The notes: generated by a model not told the origin, from the sequence alone. Numbered from the stretch's first letter, positions 43,938-59,356 are shown. The stretch: DNA of 64,000 bases from Spirochaetia bacterium (GCA_963677925.2 CAXXYH010000004.1:2144001-2208000); one strand, 5' to 3'. Translations and numbers: made by a program.

Positions 43938-45750
43938 CCGGTCCCTCCATTTCTATACAGGCTCCGCCAGTCTCTGTAGAATTATAACAGGAAAAACTGA
44001 AATCATTATTATAATAAAGCATCATCCTGGAATAAATATTGGGAAGTCCCAGTCCGTCAAAATGAAACCCAAGCTGAACAGCGATGTTTTTGTCGCAACT
44101 GGCAATCATTTCACTGTTTTTATTCAGTGCTTCTGAACTGAATCCGGGACCGTTATCCTTGATTGTAAGTCTCCATTTTTTTATTCCTGAAACAAACGAA
44201 ACCTGTGAATCAATAGTAATTTCCCACGGCGGTTCTTTTATTGTTGAATATTTGATGCTGTTTTCGACAAGGGGCAGGATGATGAGCTTTGGGACGCTCA
44301 TTTCAAAGATCTCCGGGGAGATGGATATTTTGTAGTTGAGCTCCTCTCCGAATCGAATTTTCATGCATTCTAGATAATTTCTGCTTATTTCAATTTCCTC
44401 CCGGAGCGGAACATAAAGCCTGCTCCTGGATGCCGTATATCTTAAAATTGACGTCAGGTGAGTAATGGTGTAGATGATATTTTCCGATTCACCTTCCTCT
44501 GCCATTATTCCAATACTTGTGAGCATATTATACATAAAATGAGGATCCATCTGGGACTGTAGGGCAAGCATTCGGGCGTTCTCCTGAAGACTTCTTTCTT
44601 TAACAACCAGTTTCATTGAATCGTACAGCTTTTTATTCATTTTCAGGAATTCCTGATGAATTTCTTCAAACTCGGTCAGGACGAAGATTTCATTTGATGT
44701 TTCAGGTCTTTCATCAGCCAGGTTGTCCCAGTGAAGATTGGAAATCCACCCGTTAAGCCGGCCGAGAGAGGTTGTTATCATGCCGGAGAAACGTCTTGCA
44801 ACCGAAATGCTGAAAATGAACAGCATTGCAGAGCCTATAACCATGATCAGCATCACACGGTGAACAGGAAGCAGGATATCGTTTTCCCTTGCTATATTCA
44901 GAATTGTCCAATTAATTTCCCTGCATTTACCTACCGAAATGATTTCTTTCTGATCTGTCACCTGATTACGGAATGAGAATATCCCTTCGTCAGTATTGCT
45001 GTTAAGCAGGTTGGTGTACGGTTTCAGCTCTGTAAGCGTAAAAGGATATAGTTGTTCATGTGCCGCGTTAAAAATCATGAAATTCTTATTGGCTTTTGAC
45101 GGCCCATAAAATATGGTTTCTGCAAACTGTTTAACCTCTATTATTCCGATGGTTTTATTGGAATTCTCACTGAAAATGGAACGATACAGGGATATATAAT
45201 TCTGATTTTTATATAAGGGAAAGGCTTTTTCAGCAAGAGGATCCCTTATTGCATTACTGAAATGCCTTTTCCCGTAGGTCCTGTCAATCCCCTCAATTGC
45301 CAGTTCGGTTTCAAGCGGTATTTCATGAATCAGATTGTATGTTCCGGCACCGATTAATCTTCCGTCTGGTGTGATGTAATTGATTTGAGGAACAGTTTTG
45401 ACTGGACCGGCAGTCATGGCCAGAGTGTTTGAGATATCTCGTCCGGCCAGATAGATCTCGGTGCTTGATTGTGAATATCCATCAGCCGTGAGTTCAAGAT
45501 ATAAGTTAATTTGATTTTTCAGTATTGTAGAATTTGATATGTTCAGTGACAGGTTATTCATTTTCGCAATTTCAGAATCGATTATACTCACCATCTTGTC
45601 AGTAAGATAAGTCAGGTTGGATTCTTCCCTGTTTCTTAGAACCTGTGAAGTGTAAATAAAGAAAAACAAAGAAAGAATAAATACAGTTATGACTATCGGG
45701 ATGAAGTATGCGAAAAATAATGTTTTCTCGACTGTTCTCTGTTTCATCAT
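43927..45750 (-). CDS. YesM-type sensor histidine kinase
   Basis: LQSQMDPHFMYN, LVENSIKY, IKDNGPGF, GLGL; start set at MMKQR (45750) because the longer ORF overlaps the divergent SBP. Confidence 0.92.
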   Translation of the reverse strand: MMKQRTVEKTLFFAYFIPIVITVFILSLFFFIYTSQVLRNREESNLTYLTDKMVSIIDSEIAKMNNLSLNISNSTILKNQINLYLELTADGYSQSSTEIYLAGRDISNTLAMTAGPVKTVPQINYITPDGRLIGAGTYNLIHEIPLETELAIEGIDRTYGKRHFSNAIRDPLAEKAFPLYKNQNYISLYRSIFSENSNKTIGIIEVKQFAETIFYGPSKANKNFMIFNAAHEQLYPFTLTELKPYTNLLNSNTDEGIFSFRNQVTDQKEIISVGKCREINWTILNIARENDILLPVHRVMLIMVIGSAMLFIFSISVARRFSGMITTSLGRLNGWISNLHWDNLADERPETSNEIFVLTEFEEIHQEFLKMNKKLYDSMKLVVKERSLQENARMLALQSQMDPHFMYNMLTSIGIMAEEGESENIIYTITHLTSILRYTASRSRLYVPLREEIEISRNYLECMKIRFGEELNYKISISPEIFEMSVPKLIILPLVENSIKYSTIKEPPWEITIDSQVSFVSGIKKWRLTIKDNGPGFSSEALNKNSEMIASCDKNIAVQLGFHFDGLGLPNIYSRMMLYYNNDFSFSCYNSTETGGACIEMEGPVED

Positions 45751-45893
45751 ACGCAGATAATTATAACTCTGTCCTGCCTTTTTTATAAAGTTGAAAATGT
45801 CCATATGGAAGATCAGTTTTGTCCATATACAAATAAAAAGAATCACTATTAAAATAACATAAAATAAGAACAAATGAAAGGAGAAGAAGGCAA

Positions 45894-46901
45894 ATGAAAA
45901 GAGTTGTTTTTGTATTTTTGTGTGTTTCAATTCTTTTAGGTGTATCGACCGGTGTTTTTGCTGCAGGGCAGCAGGATGCAGCATCAAAAGATGAATTTGT
46001 AATCGGATGGAGTAATGCCGGAATGGGAGATTCCTGGAGGCAGTTTTTAAAGGCTAACTTTGAAGCAGAGGTAGCTGCAAATCCTGAAATTGTAAAATAC
46101 TATATTTCTGATGCAAATGAGAGGCCTGAAAAACAGATTTCAGATATTGATGATCTTCTGGCAAAGGGTGTGGATGGACTGATTATTTACCCGACTGTAG
46201 GCGATGCAATTATTCCGGCTGTAGAACGGGCTTACGAATCAGGTATTCCTGTAATAGTTTTTGGGGGCAGTATCAATACTGACAGTCTTACAAGTCTTGT
46301 TACTCAGGATCTGTATGAATTCGGAAGAGCTCAGGCGAAGTGGCTTGTAGACGAGCTTAACGGCAGCGGGAAAATAATTATGCTTTCAGGTATTGCAGGC
46401 AATACAACAGCTGAAGAAAGACTTGCAGGAGCCAGAGAAGTTTTTACGGCCAATCCCGGTATTGAAATCCTTGATCATCAGTACTGTGACTGGTCTGCTG
46501 CCAAAACAAAAACAATAGTGGAAGCTATGCTGAATGCATTCCCGGAAATAGACGGAATCTGGGCTGATTCAGGATTGATGTCATGGCCTGCACTCCAGGC
46601 TTTCGAAGAAGCCGGAAGACCGCTTGTTCCTTCAACAGGAGACCAGCTTAACGGCTATGCAAAATATGTAACTGAGAAAAATGTTCCGGCCTATCTTTAT
46701 CCAATGTCTACAAGACTTTCATCAGAGGCTGTAAAAGTTTTAGTAAAGGCTATGAAGGGTGAAGCAGTTGATAAGATGGTTTCAGCTTCATTTGAAGGAA
46801 TGGGACCTGATAAAATAAAGGAATTTGTTAAGCCGAATCTTTCCGATTGGTGGTGGGTCGGTGATGACCAGATTCCGGAAAAGTTTCTGCCGAAACTGTA
46901 A
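45894..46901 (+). CDS. Sugar ABC transporter substrate-binding protein
   Basis: FAAGQQD signal; IGWSN, DSWR, KGVDGLII. Confidence 0.92.
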   Translation: MKRVVFVFLCVSILLGVSTGVFAAGQQDAASKDEFVIGWSNAGMGDSWRQFLKANFEAEVAANPEIVKYYISDANERPEKQISDIDDLLAKGVDGLIIYPTVGDAIIPAVERAYESGIPVIVFGGSINTDSLTSLVTQDLYEFGRAQAKWLVDELNGSGKIIMLSGIAGNTTAEERLAGAREVFTANPGIEILDHQYCDWSAAKTKTIVEAMLNAFPEIDGIWADSGLMSWPALQAFEEAGRPLVPSTGDQLNGYAKYVTEKNVPAYLYPMSTRLSSEAVKVLVKAMKGEAVDKMVSASFEGMGPDKIKEFVKPNLSDWWWVGDDQIPEKFLPKL

Positions 46902-46920
46902 AATCGTTAATTTCAGTTAT

Positions 46921-46943
46921 AGCCCGGATTTTCCGGGCTTTTT
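46921..46943 (+). terminator. Intra-operon terminator/stabilising hairpin after the SBP gene
   Basis: AGCCCGGA-ttt-TCCGGGCT + TTTT. Confidence 0.7.
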
Positions 46944-46963
46944 GGTATAGGAGAGAGGAAACA

Positions 46964-48106
46964 GTGAATATTGAAAATTTGAAGAAAGATATAAATTTCC
47001 ACGGTAGAAAATTATCCAACAGGTTTGCAATTCTGCCTACTGAAAGTAACTGTGCTGCACCCGGCGGACTTCCTGGAGAAGAAGTTATTGAGGTTTACCG
47101 AAAGGCTGCCGGAGGCGGGGCTGCACTGATCTACTGTGAAGCAACTGCTGTAAGCGCTGGCGCCAGAGCCAGAGTTAATCAGCTTATTCTGACAAAGGAT
47201 AACTGGGAAGCTTTCAAGCCGCTGGTACAGGCTGTAAAAGATGAAAATCCGGAAGCTGTTTTTATCCTCCAGCTTGACCATGCAGGGACACTGGCAGACC
47301 CCTCTTTTGCTGAACCTGTTGCTGTGTATGAACGGGACGGAAACCCTGTACATGTTCTCACTGATGCGGAGATTGAAAATATTATAAAGAATTTTATAGA
47401 CTCAAGCCTGGCCGCGGAAAAAGCCGGATTTGACGGTGTAGAGATAAAAATATGTCACGGTTTTCTGGGAACAGATTTTATTCAGCCTTTAAATAGGAGG
47501 GTGGGACGCTACGGCAGGAGTCTAAAAAACAGAACTTCTTTTATAGAAGAATTTTCATCCGGAGTCAAAAAGGAAGCCTCTGAAAGTTTTATACTAGGGC
47601 TTCGAATTCCTGCATATGAGAGTATTCCCGGCGGATTCGGAACCTCAGGCCCCGATGAAGTAATCGAAGATTTAACTGAAACTCTGGAAATGTGCAGGAT
47701 TGCTGAAAACGCGGGTGTTTCGATTATTTCTGTTTCGGCAGGAAGCGCAGTTGGAAATGCAGATCTTATTCATCCTACTGAGAAGTATCCCGACGGTGTT
47801 TACCGACATTTCGGGTGGGCTGCTGCGGTGAAAAAGGCTGTAGGAATTCCGGTTGTCGGTGCAGGATACAGCTATCTTTCAAATGGGAAAACCGGAATAG
47901 GCAGCTGGAGTTACTGGGCTGAGAAGAATGTACGGGATGGAAATGTAGACTTTGTCGGACTTGGGAGGCAGAGTATTGCGGATCCGCTTCTACCCTCAAA
48001 ACTGATGGATGGCAGGGAAAATTCAATTAATTACTGTACGGCCTGTCTCGGCTGCGGCGGACTTTTGCTGAGTCAGCAAAAAGTAGAATGCGTGGTTTAT
48101 AAATGA
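46964..48106 (+). CDS. NADH:flavin oxidoreductase (Old Yellow Enzyme family) with C-terminal Cys cluster
   Basis: LSNRF, QLDHAG, AGFDGVEIKICHGFL, GLGRQSIADP, CTACLGC...C. Confidence 0.88.
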   Translation: MNIENLKKDINFHGRKLSNRFAILPTESNCAAPGGLPGEEVIEVYRKAAGGGAALIYCEATAVSAGARARVNQLILTKDNWEAFKPLVQAVKDENPEAVFILQLDHAGTLADPSFAEPVAVYERDGNPVHVLTDAEIENIIKNFIDSSLAAEKAGFDGVEIKICHGFLGTDFIQPLNRRVGRYGRSLKNRTSFIEEFSSGVKKEASESFILGLRIPAYESIPGGFGTSGPDEVIEDLTETLEMCRIAENAGVSIISVSAGSAVGNADLIHPTEKYPDGVYRHFGWAAAVKKAVGIPVVGAGYSYLSNGKTGIGSWSYWAEKNVRDGNVDFVGLGRQSIADPLLPSKLMDGRENSINYCTACLGCGGLLLSQQKVECVVYK

Positions 48107-49050
48107 TTCTGATAAAAAAACAGGGGGAGGTCGCTGTCGGACTCTGGGCTGCTTTAATAATTATGATTGCAGCAGCCCTGGTTCTTCAGTTAATAACCGG
48201 TGTCAGTTTTTTCACCCTGAGTAATATGCTGAATGTTGCGCGAAACTTTTCAATGCTCGGACTGGTTGCGCTGGGACAGACTATGGTGATAATGTCCGGC
48301 GGACTGGATCTTTCAGTGGTTGCTGTAATCTCAACCGGGAATATCCTGGCTGCATCCATGATTGACGGCAGGAATTCTCTGGTCCTTCCCGTACTGCTTC
48401 TCACAATGACTGTAGGAGCTATTGTTGGAATGATGAACGGACTTCTTGTAACAAAACGTAAAGTGCCTGCATTTATAGCAACCCTTGGGGTCTCCATTGT
48501 TGTTAACGGGCTGCGTCTTATTGCTACAGGAGGGATTCCGAAAGGCAATGTCGCTGCCAGTCTGATTGAGATCGGAACCGGAAATTTCCTTGGTATCCCA
48601 TGGCTCGTTCTGATTTTCGGAATAACCGCTGTTTTCTTCTATTATCTTCTATCCAGATCTGCTTATGGCAGACGTTTGAGAGTGACCGGGTGCAATCATG
48701 ATGTCGCTGAACTCTCAGGAATACGAACGGATCGGGTGATTATCACTGCATATATTCTGTGCGGAGCTTTGAGTGCACTTACCGGTGTGTTTCTTTCGGG
48801 CTATACAGGAATAGCTGATAACTGGGCGGGAAACGAGTTTGACATTAACAGTATCGCAGCAGCGGTTCTTGGCGGTGCTGCAATCGGGGGAGGTTCCGGT
48901 TCTGTTCAGGGGACAGTATTAGGTTCAATTATCCTTCTTCTTATAACAAACCTGGCAATACTTGCACACCTTCCGATTCAGAGTCAGATGATGATAAAGG
49001 GACTGGTAATTATTCTGGCTCTTGGTCTTTTTAACAAGGGGAGGAGATGA
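48103..49050 (+). CDS. Sugar ABC transporter permease
   Basis: GQTMVIMSGGLDLS, AELSGI, LGGAAIGGGSG. Confidence 0.93.
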   Translation: MILIKKQGEVAVGLWAALIIMIAAALVLQLITGVSFFTLSNMLNVARNFSMLGLVALGQTMVIMSGGLDLSVVAVISTGNILAASMIDGRNSLVLPVLLLTMTVGAIVGMMNGLLVTKRKVPAFIATLGVSIVVNGLRLIATGGIPKGNVAASLIEIGTGNFLGIPWLVLIFGITAVFFYYLLSRSAYGRRLRVTGCNHDVAELSGIRTDRVIITAYILCGALSALTGVFLSGYTGIADNWAGNEFDINSIAAAVLGGAAIGGGSGSVQGTVLGSIILLLITNLAILAHLPIQSQMMIKGLVIILALGLFNKGRR

Positions 49051-50585
49051 TGGATTCAGAATATATCCTGGAATTCCGTGGTATTGATAAACAGTTTCCA
49101 GGCGTGATGGCTTTGTCTGATGTAAATATGGCTTTTAAGCCTGGGGAAGTTCATGCCCTTGTGGGCGAAAATGGCGCCGGGAAATCTACTCTTATGAAGA
49201 TTTTGTCAGGAGTTTACCAGCCTACAAGAGGGAAGATAATATACAGGGGGCATGACTTTGTACTCCAGAATCCCCATCATGCACAAACAGCGGGCATTTC
49301 CATAATTTTTCAGGAATTCAGCCTGATAAATACTCTGGATGTAACGGAAAATGTCTTTCTTAACAGGGAACCTCTAACAAGGTTCGGTCTTTTCGACAAG
49401 AAGAAGGCTTCAGCCAGAACAGTCCAGCTTCTGGACTCTATAGGAATTAAGCTTGATGTTTCTTCGAAAATCAGAGATCTCAGTGTGATAGAACAGCAGA
49501 CTGTTGAAATTGTAAAGGCTCTTTCTATTGATGCAGATATCATAATTATGGATGAGCCTTCAGCAGCTCTCTCGGATAAAGAGCTGTCAAAGCTTTTTGA
49601 TATAATTCATAAACTTCGGAGTGACGGAAAAACCATAATATATATATCCCATATGCTGGAAGAGGTTTTTTCAATTGCTGACAGGGTTACAGTTCTCAAA
49701 GACGGAAAGGTAATGGCTACAGAGAACACCTGCGATATTGACAGGAACCGGCTGGTCAGTCTTATGGTTGGACGTGAGATAGATGATGTATATCCTGAAC
49801 TTCCGGAGGAAACCGGTGAAACTATTCTTTCTGTGGAGGCTTTAAGCGGCGAGGGTATTGAGAACATTACGCTAAAACTCAAAAAAGGTGAAATACTTGG
49901 AGTGGCAGGAATTGCCGGTTCGGGACGTTCTGCTCTGGTAGAAACTATTTTGGGGCTGCGTCAAGGGAACTCCGGAAATATGGAATTAAACGATATCTCT
50001 GTAAAATTCAAAAATATACGTGAGGCTATATCAGCCGGGTTCTGCTATATTCATTCTGATCGCAAGAACAAGGGAATCATTGCTCCTGAATCAATCACAG
50101 TAAATACAACTATAACAAATCTTGATGAATACAAAGGCCGGTTTTTGCTGAAGAAAAATAGAGAAGAAAAAGTAACCCGTGAACAGGCTGAACTTCTCGG
50201 GACCAGGATGGCCGGGATAAATCAGAAAATAGAAGAGCTCTCCGGCGGAAATCAGCAGAAGGTTCTACTATCGAGGGCTCTTCTAAAGGAACCTGCAATT
50301 TATATTATAAATGAGCCTACTCGTGGAATAGATGTCGGAGCTAAACATGAAATCTATAAAATTATGCGGGAACTGACCAGTCAGGGGAAGTCTATAATTA
50401 TGGTTTCTTCAGAGCTGCCGGAGATTATTGGAATGTCCGATCGAATTGCAGTTATGAATTTTGGACGACTTGCAGGGGTATTGGATCAGCATAAAAAAAG
50501 GTACTCGGAAGAAGAAATTCTGTCTCTTGCAGTAGGTCATGAATACCAGCTTCCGGCAGGAGGATGTGATGAAGAAGAGATTTAA
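49047..50585 (+). CDS. Sugar ABC transporter ATP-binding protein
   Basis: GENGAGKST, IMDEPS, LSGGNQQK, NEPTRGIDVG. Confidence 0.95.
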   Translation: MMDSEYILEFRGIDKQFPGVMALSDVNMAFKPGEVHALVGENGAGKSTLMKILSGVYQPTRGKIIYRGHDFVLQNPHHAQTAGISIIFQEFSLINTLDVTENVFLNREPLTRFGLFDKKKASARTVQLLDSIGIKLDVSSKIRDLSVIEQQTVEIVKALSIDADIIIMDEPSAALSDKELSKLFDIIHKLRSDGKTIIYISHMLEEVFSIADRVTVLKDGKVMATENTCDIDRNRLVSLMVGREIDDVYPELPEETGETILSVEALSGEGIENITLKLKKGEILGVAGIAGSGRSALVETILGLRQGNSGNMELNDISVKFKNIREAISAGFCYIHSDRKNKGIIAPESITVNTTITNLDEYKGRFLLKKNREEKVTREQAELLGTRMAGINQKIEELSGGNQQKVLLSRALLKEPAIYIINEPTRGIDVGAKHEIYKIMRELTSQGKSIIMVSSELPEIIGMSDRIAVMNFGRLAGVLDQHKKRYSEEEILSLAVGHEYQLPAGGCDEEEI

Positions 50586-51534
50586 AATTAGAATTACAGA
50601 TCCCGGTGTGTTTGTCTGGGTACTGCTGGCTGCAATAATAATTTTCAGCATGTCAGCCAACCCTGTCTTTCTAAGAACCAGGAATCTGAAGAATGTATTT
50701 CTTATTCAGCCGGTAGGATTAGGGCTTGCCTCTCTGGGACAGGCTGTAATTATCATTTCCGGCGGGATCGATATGTCGATCGGTGCCGCTGTTTCTCTTT
50801 TGACTTCGATTGCCGGCGGGCTTTATCGTGATTTTCCGCAAATAGGGGTTCTGACCGTATTTATTTTAATAGCCGGTATAGGGCTTTTAATAGGTTTTAT
50901 TAACGGGCTTCTGGTTGTAAAGCTGAAGATTGCTCCGTTTATGGCCACACTTGCAACAATGTCTGTTATTCAGGGTGGAATATTTATATATACAAAAAAA
51001 ACAATAGGCGGTATTCCAAAGAGTTTCCGTTATATAGCGGAAGGAAATATAGGAGCTGTACCTGCAAGTTTTATCTATTTCATCCTGATTCTTTTACTGG
51101 TGTATATTTTACTCAATAAATCAAGATACGGACGCCACCTGTATGCTGTCGGGGCAAATGACTGGGTGTCAAGAATCAGCGGGATAGCTGTGGATAGAAT
51201 TCAGTTGTCAGCCTATATGTTCGGAGGGTTACTGGTAGGTTTGGCCTCAGTCTTTCTTGCCGGAAGAATGGGCGGAGGCGGACCGCTTGTAGGTAAGGGG
51301 TATGAACTTGATACTATTACCGCAGTTGTGATTGGCGGTATTGCTCTGGCTGGAGGTGAAGGTAATATTACGGGTGCTGTAGGCGGAGTATTGATTCTAA
51401 GCATCTTCAGTAACCTTATGAATATTCTTGATGTAAATCCTTATATACAGATGCTTCTAAAAGGTCTCATACTTATAACTGCGGTGTTCTTTTATTCTCA
51501 GAAAACGGTTAAGAGCAAAAGAATTACAGCCTGA
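50569..51534 (+). CDS. Sugar ABC transporter permease
   Basis: GQAVIIISGGIDMS, SRISGI, IGGIALAGGEG; AGGAGG RBS. Confidence 0.93.
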   Translation: MKKRFKIRITDPGVFVWVLLAAIIIFSMSANPVFLRTRNLKNVFLIQPVGLGLASLGQAVIIISGGIDMSIGAAVSLLTSIAGGLYRDFPQIGVLTVFILIAGIGLLIGFINGLLVVKLKIAPFMATLATMSVIQGGIFIYTKKTIGGIPKSFRYIAEGNIGAVPASFIYFILILLLVYILLNKSRYGRHLYAVGANDWVSRISGIAVDRIQLSAYMFGGLLVGLASVFLAGRMGGGGPLVGKGYELDTITAVVIGGIALAGGEGNITGAVGGVLILSIFSNLMNILDVNPYIQMLLKGLILITAVFFYSQKTVKSKRITA

Positions 51535-51617
51535 AGTTTGCATTTTTTTATTCTACTATGTGAGAAATAGGTTTTTAATGAAATCCTATAAAATTATAAG
51601 AAATATTTGTATTTCCG

Positions 51618-51646
51618 TTGACATGAAAGGCCAATTTCTATATATT
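51618..51646 (+). promoter_or_regulatory. Promoter of rrn operon 2
   Basis: TTGACA-17-TATATT; boxA TGTTCTTTAACA at 51799-51810. Confidence 0.7.
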
Positions 51647-51937
51647 CATCATCACACGTTAACGAGACGAATTGCCGACATCTGCTTGAAAGAGTTTGTT
51701 TGAAGCAGTTGCATCTCATCAAAGAAATAACGTAGGTGAATATTCAGCCTCCGCTCATGGAAAGCAGTAAAGCTTCTATGTGCGTTTTTGGGTGGATGTG
51801 TTCTTTAACAGTTAATTAGGGAAGGAAAGAGAGCCTGTGTTAATAGGTTTGATACTGAGCTACTTGAAAGATAGTAGATAGTGCGAACCGTCAATTGTTA
51901 GGATTAAAATTGCTAAGCTTTATGTTTAGCAAATTAT

Positions 51938-53475
<1,538 letters not shown>

Positions 53476-53749
53476 CAATGTGAAAGGAACGTGACTAAGT
53501 CTGAAAACTTCGGTTTTAAAACTTAGCTTAGAGTTTGTTTACAAGCTTTAACGCTTTAATAGTCATGGAAAAAACAGCCTGTTAGGCAAAAAACAACGCA
53601 GTGAAGTTCAGTTTACTGAACTTCCGAGATGCAGCTTGCTGCATCTCCGCTCTCTTTCTTCCTTTTTTATATTAAGTGAAGGTCAACTGGTTTTACTCGC
53701 TTGGAGATTTACCATGTAAAGCTCTGGAGGAAATCTTTGATTTTCTTTC

Positions 53750-53823
53750 GGGGGTATAGCTCAGCTGGCTAGAGCGGTGGCTTTGCAAGCCATAGGTCTG
53801 GGGTTCGAATCCCCATACCTCCA
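53750..53823 (+). tRNA. tRNA-Ala(TGC)
   Basis: Identical to 25762-25835. Confidence 0.96.
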
Positions 53824-54060
53824 ATAGATATTTAACCGGTAACGGTTTGATATATTAAAGTCCTTTTTGTAGGGCTTTAAGACATAGTCTCCATAGAGAG
53901 ATTTAAGTTTGGCATTGTCAAACTTAAGAGAATACGGAATTAAGAATTCAGTATTCTCCGTTCTTTAAAATAGATAAAGACTGTTGAAAGATTACAGTTT
54001 TGAAAACTTATCCATATAACAGGGAGTGGATAAGTATAGGGAAGGGTTAAGAGGTAATAT

Positions 54061-57048
<2,988 letters not shown>

Positions 57049-57191
57049 TATTTCCCCTTAATCAATTCCCGGAGAATTGAGCCAATAGGCTGCATGGACT
57101 AAGAAGTCCTGTGAATAGCAACCTATCGTGCCCAAACTCAATCCCTGTTCATTCTGCAATAGCAGGATGTAAGAATAATTTTGAATAATTA

Positions 57192-57301
<110 letters not shown>

Positions 57302-58335
57302 TTTTTTTTATTAATTTGGTTTTCATAACCAAATTAATAAAAATACAGTCTAAGATAACATAAGAAGTTTAGCTTGCTAAACTTCAGAGATTGCTCATGA
57401 TTAAAATATTGGGTTAAAAGAAGAACAGAGTCTGGAAGGAATACTGGAATAAAAAGCTGTCTGCAGCTATCTCCGGTCATATGCCAGGCTTTTTTTTATT
57501 AATTTCAAAAAGCAGTATTACAATTCTTAACTTTTAAAATAATCACTCCCGCTAACGCGTGAACTGATGTAACTTTTTTCACGTAAAATCTATCTAAACT
57601 AATAATTTGCGGGACTACGTTAGGCCCCATAGGCTCACCCTGAAAGTAGCACAGCAGGCTTAGCCTGATGTATAGTAGGTCATCGCCAGGCTTTTTTTTA
57701 TTAATTAAGTCTAAAGACTTAATTAATAAAATATTAGTATAAGATGTGGTAAGAAGTTCTGCAAAGCAGAACTTCAGAGAAAGTACTTAAGTAAAATTGA
57801 GTACTCAGAGATAATAGATAGTCTGGAAGGAATGCTGAGAATAAATAGTAGCAAAGCTACTTTCTCCGGTCATAACCCGCCAGGCTTTTTTTTATTAATT
57901 TGGTTTTGTAAACCAAATTAATAAAAATACAGTCTAAGATAACATAAGAAGTTTAGCTTGCTAAACTTCAGAGATAGCTCATGATTAAAATATTGGGCTT
58001 AAAAGAAGAACAGAGTCTGGAAGGAATACTGGAATTAAAAGCTGTCTGCAGCTATCTCCGGTCATATGCCAGGCTTTTTTTTATTAAATCGAATTTACAA
58101 ACTTTGTTATTCTTAACCCTTAAACCAAATACTCCTGGTAACGAGAGGACTGACATTCCTGATATTCACGAAATGATTTATATAAAACTTAAATGTTAGC
58201 GGGACTGTGTTTGGCTATGCATTTGTGCCCGAATAAGCAGCACAGCAGGCAACGCCTGATGTATAGTAGCTGGCATGTTCAGTGTTAACGAACTGGAGAA
58301 GTTTCTATGGAACTTCCTTTTACCGTTTTTTTATT
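57302..58335 (+). repeat. Structured repeat array after 5S (units A-B-A-A-B')
   Basis: GGTCAT..GCCAGGC + T-tract ends at 57301, 57489, 57691, 57885, 58074 (spacing 188, 202, 194, 189); diverged B' unit to ~58270. Confidence 0.85.
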
Positions 58336-58416
58336 AGGTTAAATTCCTTTGTCAAAAAATAGATTATGTTGTAATTATCTAGCTAAATATAATATAGTGT
58401 TTTATAGCTTTTGAAG

Positions 58417-59217
58417 ATGGAGAAAAAAATCATCGAAAATCCTGAATATTCCGACGCCAAGAAAGATTTAAAACTTACTAATCTTCAGAAAATGACTTAT
58501 ATTTTAAAGATCCTCAATCAGCCGCCTTATAAATTTACGGCGCAGGAAATCAGTAATCTTACAGGTATTAATCGTACTACCGTTTATAGAACATTGATGG
58601 TTCTTGTTGAAGAAGACTTTATTCTTCAGGATGAAGAAACACGGAAATTTGCAGTAGGTCCGATGTTATACCATATAGGACTTGGGTATCTGAATAACTT
58701 TCATTTCAAAGATGAAATTTACAAAACGCTTGAAAAATTAGCTGATATCACCTCGGAAGCCATTGGAATCGCTGTAAGAGAGGGCAACAAGATAATCTCC
58801 CTGTACGAGATAGATATTCAGCAGCCTTTAAAAATGAGTTATCCGCCAGGTTCATATTATCCGATGAACAGAGGCTGTTTCGGGAAACTTCTTATGGCCT
58901 ACCATGACCGAAATACTGTTCGAAAACTGCTTGAGCAAAGCAGTTTTGAAAAGTTATTTCCAAATACACTGACTGAAACAGATGAAATTCTTCATGAGTA
59001 TCAGAATATACGTAACAATGGATATGTGATTAGTGACGGAGAAGGATACAGTGTAATTGCTGCGGGAGTAGGTGTCCCGGTTTATAACACAAGAAATCAA
59101 GTTAAAGCCTGCCTTGCTGTTTCTTTTGTAAAGGATGACGATTTCGAAATTAAAAAAGATGAGCTGCTGAAATTATTACAGGAATATTCCAAAGAATTAA
59201 CAATTTATATGCCTTAA
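58417..59217 (+). CDS. IclR-family transcriptional regulator
   Basis: HTH AQEISNLTGINRTTVYRTL; FGKLLMAY; IRNNGYVIS. Confidence 0.92.
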   Translation: MEKKIIENPEYSDAKKDLKLTNLQKMTYILKILNQPPYKFTAQEISNLTGINRTTVYRTLMVLVEEDFILQDEETRKFAVGPMLYHIGLGYLNNFHFKDEIYKTLEKLADITSEAIGIAVREGNKIISLYEIDIQQPLKMSYPPGSYYPMNRGCFGKLLMAYHDRNTVRKLLEQSSFEKLFPNTLTETDEILHEYQNIRNNGYVISDGEGYSVIAAGVGVPVYNTRNQVKACLAVSFVKDDDFEIKKDELLKLLQEYSKELTIYMP

Positions 59218-59299
59218 TGTTTTGAATTATGTAATAAATTATCCTGATTTTGCAGTTTAGCGCTTGCATATCATTTAGATACTTCGTAAAGTAAAGAAA

Positions 59300-59333
59300 G
59301 TTCACAATACGGACACAAGTTCATAATATGAAC
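59300..59333. promoter_or_regulatory. Tandem candidate IclR operators
   Basis: GTTCACAATACGGAC (59300-14) and palindrome GTTCATAATATGAAC (59319-33) upstream of the operon. Confidence 0.55.
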
Positions 59334-59356
59334 AGGATTTACTATAGGAGCGTCTA

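Noticed and set aside
45751-45987. N-terminal 79 aa of the 686-aa kinase ORF
   Set aside because: Overlaps the divergent SBP gene and its promoter; real start is likely 45750
57981-58199. 72-aa ORF in the trailer array
   Set aside because: Crosses repeat units and a T-tract; the equivalent frame in the sibling unit (57398 on) is not preserved
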